Made by a program: the position numbers and the translations under genes | Source of the DNA: Nitrososphaerota archaeon | GTDB taxonomy: Archaea > Thermoproteota > Nitrososphaeria_A > Caldarchaeales > Wolframiiraptoraceae | Assembly: GCA_021159365.1 (NCBI GenBank) | Contig: JAGGRY010000036.1 | Span: 63,861 to 87,860 of the forward strand | Direction: 5' to 3' | Length of the DNA stretch: 24,000 nucleotides | The notes under the pieces: model-generated | The model's input: only the letters and a program-made list of their open reading frames with translations | Database searches by the model: none | Told to the model about the DNA's origin: nothing | In this document: piece after piece, positions 8,658 to 16,546 of the stretch | Position numbering within the stretch: position 1 is the stretch's first letter | Layout: every line of letters starts with the position of its first letter

Positions 8658-9115
8658 CTCTCCTCACCTCTAAACTTGTTCTCAACATGTTTTATCCCCT
8701 TTCTGAGAATTCTGAAGGTCTTCTTCCCCTCTCGTCTTCCAGCCTCTTCCATATATCCATCCTTTATCAAATCGGACATAACATCGCTTAGATTCTTCGG
8801 CATGGGCCATCGAACTCTTTGATAATATTCCTTGACATCGTCATAGGTCATGTCTCTTCCCTCATGTTTGTGGAGATAATAGGCTATGGTCAAGAATCTC
8901 TGCGGATGAGTCTCAGGCTCAAGCTCATCAACATACTCCGTGAAGCTCATCTTTTCACTAATCAACTCGGCTTGTTTAACCGGTTCATGAGCCTTGACCT
9001 TCTCCAAGACTTTATCGAGCCAAGATAGATCGGAGAACTTCTCCTCTATGAACTCCTTATCTCCCTCGATCTCTATCTCCAATCCTCCAACCGAGATCCT
9101 CACCCTGTATGTCAT
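8654..9115 (-). CDS. Small protein: shared N-terminal domain plus winged-helix-like C-terminus
   Basis: 153 aa; MTYRVRISVGGLEIEIEGDKEFIEEKFSDL...; C-term LTIAYYLHKHEGRDMTYDDVKEYYQRVRWPMPKNLSDVMSDLIKDGYMEEAGRREGKKTFRILRKGIKHVENKF. Confidence 0.8.
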   Translation of the reverse strand: MTYRVRISVGGLEIEIEGDKEFIEEKFSDLSWLDKVLEKVKAHEPVKQAELISEKMSFTEYVDELEPETHPQRFLTIAYYLHKHEGRDMTYDDVKEYYQRVRWPMPKNLSDVMSDLIKDGYMEEAGRREGKKTFRILRKGIKHVENKFRGEER

Positions 9116-9138
9116 CCGTGCCCATTTCAGAGTATCTA

Positions 9139-9148
9139 GTTATAAGGG
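9139..9148 (-). promoter_or_regulatory. Putative TATA box (CCCTTATAAC on the minus strand) for the 9115-to-7675 operon
   Basis: TATA-like element about 25-33 nt upstream of the ATG at 9115. Confidence 0.45.
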
Positions 9149-9228
9149 TTTTAGAGCGCTCTGAAAGTGGATATTCGCCCACTATCTAAAGATATAAAAG
9201 CACTAGAAGGGCACAATAACTCGCCTTC

Positions 9229-11139
9229 TCAGCTTCCACCACCTTGGCCATGAATCCTCTCCCTAACCATTTGGTATAATTTTCCGCCGTCGATCCTTCC
9301 CCTATAGATCTTCATGAGTTCCCCCATTATTACGGAAGACGCCTTCCTCGGATTCTCCTCAATCATGGACTTGTATCTCTTGATGAGCTCATCTATTTTC
9401 TTCTCAACCTCACTCATATCCACCGGCCTGAGGTTTAAGGCATCTAAAGCATCCCTAACACTCTTTCCCGGATTCTTGGATAACCATTTAATTATCTCAG
9501 GTGCTGCTTCCTTCGCTATCTCGCCGCCCGCGATCAACTTTGAGATCTCGAAGAGATCTGAATCGCCTACAAGCTCGACGTTGAATCCCTCTCGCTTTAA
9601 GCTCTTCATATGTTCCGCTAGGATTGAGGCCGCTACCCTAGGCTTAACACCGGTCTCCGAGACTATTCGCTCGAATAACTCAACCTTCTCCAAGTCGATC
9701 AATTCATTCGCTATCTGCTTACTCAAACCATATTTTCTCGAAAGACTTTCCGCTACCTCGTCCAAGGTCGGTGGAAGCCTTCGCTTAAGCTCCTCTAGAT
9801 ATTCTCTGCTTATCGGGTATGGTGGTATATCGGTTTCGGGATACATTCTAGCAGCCCCGGGTCTTGGTCTGAGATAAATGGTCGTTCCATCCGATCTCGC
9901 CGCCCTTGTCTCTGAGGGAACTCCTCTTAAAGCCTCAATAGCTCTCTCCTTGACTCGTTGAAGGGCGTCTTCAGCCTTAGACTTCTCATCTGCAACTATT
10001 ATTACGGCGTCAAGTTCACCTGCCTCCATGAAGTCTTTTAATCTCCTCACCTCGGCTTCAGTTATTCCATATCCGGGTAACTCATCTGTGTGGAATATTC
10101 CCTCGACTTCAGACCAAGCTCTAGCTCTTCCAGCGAACTCCGCTCCAAGCCTTATTCCTGGAGCTGCTTCTAAGCCCAGTAATCCGCCGAATTTTCTCAA
10201 TCTTAACGCGAGAACTCTTCCACCTGAATCGATCTTTCTCCTCAAGATTCTCGATCTCGTTTTCTTGAAGATCTCTGTGACATCTTTTATCGGCTCCTCT
10301 GAGATCATCTGCTCCGTGACTCCTCTCTTCTTAAGCTCGTCTCTAATCTTTAGGAGATGGAGTTGTCGTATAACTTCGAGTTCGACCACTTTTGGAAGTA
10401 GATCTAATTCCTGAACTCCCTTAATCTCGATTAATGCTCCATCTCTTATCGAGATGTTTAGATCCTGTCTAACAGTTCCTATTCCACGCTTAACTTTTCC
10501 AGTAGCCCTCAAGAGTCTCCCAATTGCATAAGCAACTCTATAGGCTTCTCTCGGAGAATTTATGACTGGAGCTGTCGAGATCTCGATCAGCGGTATTCCA
10601 AGTCTCCTCAAGTCATAGTGAATCTCATGAGGTTTCCTCTCAATTATCCTCGCAGCGTCTTCCTCGATGGTTATCGTTTGGATGGGTATCTTCTTTCCAT
10701 CAACGATTATCTCTCCTCCTAGCGCAATCACACAAGTCCTCTGAAATCCAGTCGTATTCGATCCATCTATCACTATCTTTCTCATGACGTGGATCTCGTC
10801 AACGGGCTTTGCGTTCATCAATAATGCTGTGACCAAACCCACCTCAACTGCTTCACGATTCAAATCATGCGGCGGCTCTTCATCCATCTCCACGAGACAG
10901 GTGTTTAGGGTGTCAGCGTGATAGACTATCTTCCTACGTTTTCTCGCCTCGAAGATCGCCGCTGGATCGACTTCTCCGAGCTCGCTTTGAGCCTCTCTAA
11001 GCCATCTGACAAATCTTATCTCCCTTCCACCATCGACGAACTCTGTTGGGCATTCGCAGAACAACTTACATCTAGTATCGAGCTGCCTATGGATCTCCAG
11101 CCCAACCTTTAATCCAATTGATTGGTAATCTATCTTCAT
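9229..11139 (-). CDS. gatE: Archaeal Glu-tRNA(Gln) amidotransferase subunit E
   Basis: 636 aa; GLKVGLEIHRQLDT..KLFCECPT start, SGSNTTGFQRT-type NTTGFQRTCVIALGG, AspRS-like insertion, and C-terminal tail domain; immediately downstream of gatD. Confidence 0.97.
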   Translation of the reverse strand: MKIDYQSIGLKVGLEIHRQLDTRCKLFCECPTEFVDGGREIRFVRWLREAQSELGEVDPAAIFEARKRRKIVYHADTLNTCLVEMDEEPPHDLNREAVEVGLVTALLMNAKPVDEIHVMRKIVIDGSNTTGFQRTCVIALGGEIIVDGKKIPIQTITIEEDAARIIERKPHEIHYDLRRLGIPLIEISTAPVINSPREAYRVAYAIGRLLRATGKVKRGIGTVRQDLNISIRDGALIEIKGVQELDLLPKVVELEVIRQLHLLKIRDELKKRGVTEQMISEEPIKDVTEIFKKTRSRILRRKIDSGGRVLALRLRKFGGLLGLEAAPGIRLGAEFAGRARAWSEVEGIFHTDELPGYGITEAEVRRLKDFMEAGELDAVIIVADEKSKAEDALQRVKERAIEALRGVPSETRAARSDGTTIYLRPRPGAARMYPETDIPPYPISREYLEELKRRLPPTLDEVAESLSRKYGLSKQIANELIDLEKVELFERIVSETGVKPRVAASILAEHMKSLKREGFNVELVGDSDLFEISKLIAGGEIAKEAAPEIIKWLSKNPGKSVRDALDALNLRPVDMSEVEKKIDELIKRYKSMIEENPRKASSVIMGELMKIYRGRIDGGKLYQMVRERIHGQGGGS

Positions 11140-12479
11140 TATTCAAGCTTCACCTCCATGCTGGGCATGCTTCTCTCGCCGAGTTCTCCGGCGATGGGCT
11201 TAAGCATGAGTTCCTCAACTTCCTCCAAGTTTCTCGCTCTAGCCAAGCACCAGCTAAGCTTGACGTATGCGGTTTCGGGAAGCATGTCGTCAAGCGCTAT
11301 CACTCCGGCCTTCAATAGATCTCTTCCAGTATCATAGACTCTCATATTCACTCTTCCGAAGATGCATTGAGACGTCATCCCGAAGAATATTCCATCATCA
11401 TGTAATTTCTTGATCGTCGGAATTATTCTCGTGCTCACATGCCCAAGCCCCGTCCCCTCCAAAACTATGCCTCTAACACCTTTCTCAACTAAGAACTCTA
11501 GGATATCTGCATCCATTCCGGGATAGAACTTTACCAGAGCTGCTTTGGACGAGAATCCCGGCTCAAATCTATATTCACGTGATCCTCTCTTGTTCAAGTT
11601 CTCAGAATTCAACTTAATCTTTCCATCCTTGACATAGGCTATTGGAGGCGAATTAACGGATCTAAATGCGTCTCTGCTACTCGTGTGAAGCTTCCTAACT
11701 CTAGTGCCTCTATGAACGGCCAACAAATCATCTGAATGCCAAGCATGCATTACCACGCAGACCTCGGCGAATGGAGCATGGCCAGCAACACGCGTTGCCG
11801 CTATCAGGTTTGTCGCTGCGTCGCTTGATGGTCTATCAGAGGATCTTTGAGCTCCCACGAAGACTATCGGTATCGGCGGTTTTTGGAGGGCGAAGCTTAA
11901 GGCTGCGGCCGAGTATCCCATCGTATCGGTTCCATGGGCTATGATCACGCCGTCAACTCCATCCTTGATCAATCTATCGACCTCTATGGCCATCCTATTC
12001 CAAAGCTCCGGAGTCATGTCTTCGCTGAAGATCGAGAACAGTATCTTTGCATCTATCTCTGCTATATTGGAGAGCTCTGGAACTATTGAGAGGAGATCTT
12101 CAGCGGTCAACGCGGGTCTAACGCCTCCGGTTCTATAGTCTATCCTGCTGGCTATCGTTCCACCCGTGCTCATAATCGTGACCTTTGGAAGACCTTCCTT
12201 GAACTTGGGCTTAGGCGGCGGAATGAATCTAGGCTTCTTCGCGGATGCGATCCTCTTAACCTTCACCTCACCCTCAACTCTTATCCCAACATTGTAGCCA
12301 TTTGGAAGCTTGATCACGATATAGTTTGGATCAGCGAGCTCATATCTCGCCATGAGGATTCCCCTATAGGTCTCATCTCTAACCTCAACCTCGATCTCAT
12401 CCCCGATCTCGACTCCGCTCTCCTTGAGAATCTCCCTAACCCTTCCAGAATATCCCTGAAGCCTATCACCTACGGCCAT
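11139..12479 (-). CDS. gatD: Archaeal Glu-tRNA(Gln) amidotransferase subunit D (asparaginase-like)
   Basis: 446 aa; VTIMSTGGTIASRIDYRTGGVRPALTAEDLL, GVIIAHGTDTMGYSAAALSF, GAQRSSDRPSSDAATNL motifs. Confidence 0.97.
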   Translation of the reverse strand: MAVGDRLQGYSGRVREILKESGVEIGDEIEVEVRDETYRGILMARYELADPNYIVIKLPNGYNVGIRVEGEVKVKRIASAKKPRFIPPPKPKFKEGLPKVTIMSTGGTIASRIDYRTGGVRPALTAEDLLSIVPELSNIAEIDAKILFSIFSEDMTPELWNRMAIEVDRLIKDGVDGVIIAHGTDTMGYSAAALSFALQKPPIPIVFVGAQRSSDRPSSDAATNLIAATRVAGHAPFAEVCVVMHAWHSDDLLAVHRGTRVRKLHTSSRDAFRSVNSPPIAYVKDGKIKLNSENLNKRGSREYRFEPGFSSKAALVKFYPGMDADILEFLVEKGVRGIVLEGTGLGHVSTRIIPTIKKLHDDGIFFGMTSQCIFGRVNMRVYDTGRDLLKAGVIALDDMLPETAYVKLSWCLARARNLEEVEELMLKPIAGELGERSMPSMEVKLE

Positions 12480-12628
12480 GTTCTATCAAGAGAGATTCAT
12501 CCCAGTATTAAGCTTATTATGCTGATTACGAAGAAAGTTCACTAAACATCATATCAAATAAACTGCGGATAATTCGCCGTAGAATTCTTCAAACACTTTT
12601 AAGCAAGTCAATCAATAAAATCCCCTGC

Positions 12629-13828
12629 ATGTGTGGATATGAGGCTCCCAGAAGGATTGCGAATGTGAGCGCTGAAGCAGCCTTCGCGGTTTTGAAAATT
12701 GCGAAGAACGTTGAAAGAACGGGTAAGAGAGTCATCCATTTGGAGATAGGGGAGCCGGACTTTGACACTCCCAAACACATAAAGGACGCCGCCATGGAAG
12801 CTCTAAACAAGAACTTCACCCATTATACTCCAACCCTCGGAATCCCGGAGCTTAGAAAGGAGATAGCCGAGAGCATCAAGAGGGATTATGGTGTTGAGAT
12901 CGATTGGGAGAAGAATGTGGCAGTGACTACTGGATGTAAGCAGGCGATACTTGCGTCAACTTTGGCGGTAGTCGATGAGGGAGAAGAGGTGATCTATCCA
13001 AATCCAGGTTATCCAGAATATGAGGCTGCAGCATACTTTGCTGGGGGTAAACCTGTTCCCTATAGGCTCAGGCTCGAAGACGGTTTTAGGATGACTCCCG
13101 AAGGATTGGCTGAGCTCATAACTGCGAAGACGAAGCTCGTCGTATTGAATAGTCCAAATAATCCATGTGGAGTCGTGATGCCTGAGGAAGATGTCAAGGG
13201 CATCGTTGACCTCGCGGAAGACCATGGCTTCTACATACTCTCAGACGAGGTCTATCGTCCAATACTCTTCGACGGCTCAAAACATTACTCACCACTACAC
13301 GCTAAGAAAAACCTGGATAAGCTGATCATAGTTGACGGATTCTCGAAGAGATATGCGATGACGGGATGGAGGCTTGGATACGCTCTAGTTCCAGAGGAGA
13401 TCCTGCCACAAGTCTTCAAGCTCCTAAATGTCATGACCTCATGCCCGAATTCAATCTCTCAATACGCTGCTCTAGCGGCTCTCAGAGGTTCTCAGGAACC
13501 CGTCATGAATATGGTTAAGCAGTATTGGAGAAGGAGAGATGTAGTCGTGGAGGAGCTTTCAAAGCTCGAGAACATCAGGTTCGTGAGGCCTAAAGGAGCG
13601 TTCTATGCATTAGTGGATGTGAGCAAGGTCTTGAACAAGCTTAAGGTCAATTCTGAGGAGTTCGTCAAGATGTTGATAGAGAAGTATGGAGTCGCATTCC
13701 TCCATGGAACGGCTCTAGGCTCCTATGGTGAAGGATTCATAAGGATAAGCTTCGCCACATCTGAGGAAAACATAAGAGAAGGAATCAGGATACTCGGTAA
13801 AGCCATAGAAGAATTGTCTAAGTCTTAA
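12629..13828 (+). CDS. Class I/II PLP-dependent aminotransferase (aspartate/alanine aminotransferase-like)
   Basis: 399 aa; HLEIGEPDFDTPKHI, HYTPTLGIPELRKEIA, VLNSPNNPCGVV, YILSDEVYRPILFDG, DGFSKRYAMTGWRLGY (PLP lysine region). TATA-like CTTTTAAG about 30 nt upstream. Confidence 0.94.
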   Translation: MCGYEAPRRIANVSAEAAFAVLKIAKNVERTGKRVIHLEIGEPDFDTPKHIKDAAMEALNKNFTHYTPTLGIPELRKEIAESIKRDYGVEIDWEKNVAVTTGCKQAILASTLAVVDEGEEVIYPNPGYPEYEAAAYFAGGKPVPYRLRLEDGFRMTPEGLAELITAKTKLVVLNSPNNPCGVVMPEEDVKGIVDLAEDHGFYILSDEVYRPILFDGSKHYSPLHAKKNLDKLIIVDGFSKRYAMTGWRLGYALVPEEILPQVFKLLNVMTSCPNSISQYAALAALRGSQEPVMNMVKQYWRRRDVVVEELSKLENIRFVRPKGAFYALVDVSKVLNKLKVNSEEFVKMLIEKYGVAFLHGTALGSYGEGFIRISFATSEENIREGIRILGKAIEELSKS

Positions 13829-14501
13829 TGGCCTCGAAGAGGACGAGTCTCCAACAAACCCTTCCCAAATGATCGTAAACATAGTCTGAATCCGGCAGCG
13901 ATTTAAGGTGGTTAAGTAATCTGCGAAGAATCTTCCCGAATGGATGGACTTGATAATCTAAGATCTTCGGGATGAAACCTCTCCCCAACAACGCTTGATA
14001 GGTTCTCCCTATGCCAACTAGGGAGATGACTGGCAGGATGAGTCTCCCATTCCTTCTTAGATGGCTTGGAGGCTCAACTAAAACCCTTACCGAGAAAAAC
14101 CTTCCAACAATACCTCCCCAAGTAAATCTCCGCAACTGAATTGGGGATGGAGTCATTGGGGGATTGCAGATTATCAGGTCGAATAACTCACCTCTTACGG
14201 GATTAAATAGGTCTCCAACCCTAAAATCTATCTCAACGCCGTTGATCTCAGCATTCCTTTTAGCGATCTTGATAGCTCTATCTGAGACATCTGTTGCGAC
14301 GACATTCCTCGCCCCAAGCTTCGATGCAAGTATCGCCAAGACCCCTGACCCGGTTCCTAGGTCGAGGACTCTTAAACCGTCTATCTCATGGAGATTCTCG
14401 GCTATAAGCCTCGTTGCAGCCGATGGCATATAGATTTTTCGATCCTTGATGAGCTTTATCTCGATTCCCTTAACCTTGAATGTCGTGATCTTCTCCACCA
14501 T
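13818..14501 (-). CDS. SAM-dependent methyltransferase (HemK/PrmC-like class I)
   Basis: 227 aa; VLDLGTGSGVLAILASKLGARNVVATDVSDRAIKIAKRNAE and LFDLIICNPPMTP; overlaps the aminotransferase 3' end tail-to-tail. Confidence 0.87.
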   Translation of the reverse strand: MVEKITTFKVKGIEIKLIKDRKIYMPSAATRLIAENLHEIDGLRVLDLGTGSGVLAILASKLGARNVVATDVSDRAIKIAKRNAEINGVEIDFRVGDLFNPVRGELFDLIICNPPMTPSPIQLRRFTWGGIVGRFFSVRVLVEPPSHLRRNGRLILPVISLVGIGRTYQALLGRGFIPKILDYQVHPFGKILRRLLNHLKSLPDSDYVYDHLGRVCWRLVLFEAIKT

Positions 14502-14535
14502 TATCTCTAAAGGATAAATAGCCTCGGTTTATGAA

Positions 14536-15510
14536 ATGGTTATTGTGGAGCCGCCGACTCAGCCCATTGAGGGTTTTTATGTCAAGATAGAGGAGACGAT
14601 CATGGCCGTTAAAGGAGTCCTACAACCTCCGGGGAAAGTGATCGCTCTTCCAACCTACATACTGTTCAATGGAGGCTTTAAGAGAATTAGACGCTTCAAA
14701 GAGTCTTTAGATCATTTCATTAAGAGATATCCAGATTACTATAGTTGGTTTGACTTCGCTGGAAGAAAGTTGCCCGCCCTGCCTCTAAGCATCGTCGATG
14801 AAGTCTATAATCCACTATCCATGAAGCATGTCGGACATCTCTCGCCTGAAGCCGAAAAGCTTAGGAGAATATTAGTTGAGGAATCTGGAGTCGATGAAAG
14901 CTTTGTCGGGATAACTGGATCGATACTCCTTAAAACATATTCACCGAAATCCGATATAGATCTCATAGTATATGGAATTGAGAATGGGAAAAGGATATAT
15001 GAATCGCTGAAAGAGCTTAGGAGAAGAGGAGATTTAGGATGCTTGAAAGATGATTATGAGTTGAGAAAGTCGAGGCTGGATTCATCTTTGCCGTTAAAGA
15101 CTTGGATTGCCGTCGAGAGATCTAAGATCTTAACTGGAACATTTTCTGGAAAAATCTATACAGCGAAGATAGTTCCACTGCCATCTGAATATTGGGAGAG
15201 CTTAGATCAAGAATGCATAGAGATCGGATCAACAGGCTTCATAGGAGAAGTTATAGACGATAGATATTCAATTCTAACTCCGAACAGTTATTCTGTATTT
15301 GTGAGGAGGAAATTGTTCGGCGAGGTCCAGGAGGGCGAAATAGTTGAGGTCTTCTCGATGAGGAGTAGGTTTGCGGAAATGGCCTCGCGTGGAGACTGGG
15401 TGAAGGTTGTGGGAAGACTTGAGCTTGTCAAGCTCCATGGGAAGAAATGGAAAAGAGTATTCCTAGGAAATAATGAGGAAGACGTGATAATCTCACTCCA
15501 CTACATCTAA
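14536..15510 (+). CDS. Nucleotidyltransferase-domain protein (paralog 1)
   Basis: 324 aa; GITGSILLKTYSPKSDIDLIVYG matches the NTase G-S...SDIDL motif; C-terminal domain SRFAEMASRGDWVKVVGRLELV. Confidence 0.78.
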   Translation: MVIVEPPTQPIEGFYVKIEETIMAVKGVLQPPGKVIALPTYILFNGGFKRIRRFKESLDHFIKRYPDYYSWFDFAGRKLPALPLSIVDEVYNPLSMKHVGHLSPEAEKLRRILVEESGVDESFVGITGSILLKTYSPKSDIDLIVYGIENGKRIYESLKELRRRGDLGCLKDDYELRKSRLDSSLPLKTWIAVERSKILTGTFSGKIYTAKIVPLPSEYWESLDQECIEIGSTGFIGEVIDDRYSILTPNSYSVFVRRKLFGEVQEGEIVEVFSMRSRFAEMASRGDWVKVVGRLELVKLHGKKWKRVFLGNNEEDVIISLHYI

Positions 15511-15529
15511 ATATGGATCCAGGGATCTA

Positions 15530-16546
15530 ATGGTTGAGTTGATAAGAGATCACGACTTCCTAGAAACAGCAGATTCATGGATATTCTGCGTCGTCGGAGA
15601 CATTCATCCACCAAATAGATTCTTCTCATACTTGAAGTATGTTCCAGGAACAGGGCCGTGGAGAAGAGAAGGAAAAAGCTTCTCAAGAGTGTTCTCAGAT
15701 TATTCGATGAATGAGTTCAAGAAAATATTAGAATACTTGAAGAAGGTTAAACCGGAATTCGTGGGGTATGACCCGATAATAGGAACTGAGATGTCTTCAG
15801 TTCCAATAGAGTTTGTCAAAAAACACTATAATTGCTTAGAGGGATTGCGTGAACTCATCAAGCGTGGGCCGAGAGATAAGTTGGAGAAACTCACGATTGC
15901 CCTCGTTGAGGAGATATGTGATCACGGGGGTCTCCGTGAAGATGACTTCGGGATAACTGGATCAATCCTCCTCCAAATACATCATGAGAGATCCGACATA
16001 GATCTAATAGTTTATGGGAGGAGAGAGTTTTGGAAGGCGATTGAGATTCTAGGTGAACTTGGCTATCTAGGAGTCAGATCTAGGGAACAAGCTCTGAGAA
16101 GCATGCTTAAACGTTATCCAATAACATTAAGCCACGCCTCAAATCTAGTCGATCGAATAAGGTATAGGGGAGTCTATCGGGGAGTGGAATTCTCAATACA
16201 TGGAGTCAGAAAGAATGAGGAAATTACCGAGGAATACTCTGATAAAATTTACCGAAAGATTGGATTGGCACACGCGATCCTTGAAATCGACGACGCATCT
16301 GATTCATGCTTCAATCCAGCCATTTACAAAGTTCATGGAAGCGCCGAGGTCGGCGGTAAAGAGTATCATGTTGAACAATTAATGTGTTATGATCTCACAT
16401 TTTCGGCAATGTTTGAGAGAGGGGATAGGATTGAGGCTTATGGGAAACTAGAATTTGTAGTGGATAAGATTCGTGACAAAAGATTTTACAGCCTATTAAT
16501 AGGATCTATTGAAGCAGCTGGGAGAGAATATGTCAGGCTAGTCTAG
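15530..16546 (+). CDS. Nucleotidyltransferase-domain protein (paralog 2)
   Basis: 338 aa; GITGSILLQIHHERSDIDLIVYG; C-terminal ERGDRIEAYGKLEFVVD parallels paralog 1. Confidence 0.78.
   Translation: MVELIRDHDFLETADSWIFCVVGDIHPPNRFFSYLKYVPGTGPWRREGKSFSRVFSDYSMNEFKKILEYLKKVKPEFVGYDPIIGTEMSSVPIEFVKKHYNCLEGLRELIKRGPRDKLEKLTIALVEEICDHGGLREDDFGITGSILLQIHHERSDIDLIVYGRREFWKAIEILGELGYLGVRSREQALRSMLKRYPITLSHASNLVDRIRYRGVYRGVEFSIHGVRKNEEITEEYSDKIYRKIGLAHAILEIDDASDSCFNPAIYKVHGSAEVGGKEYHVEQLMCYDLTFSAMFERGDRIEAYGKLEFVVDKIRDKRFYSLLIGSIEAAGREYVRLV

Noticed and set aside
9314-9877. 187-aa plus-strand ORF (and 10028-10414, 10918-11112) opposite gatE
   Set aside because: Ser/Leu-rich antisense shadows of the well-supported GatE coding sequence.
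12589-13225. Minus-strand ORFs (76 and 89 aa) overlapping the aminotransferase
   Set aside because: Antisense or start-region shadows of a confidently identified aminotransferase.
14536-16546. Considered classic MNT/HEPN toxin-antitoxin pair
   Set aside because: Both proteins carry the NTase motif, are over 320 aa, and no HEPN-like RX4-6H partner is present.
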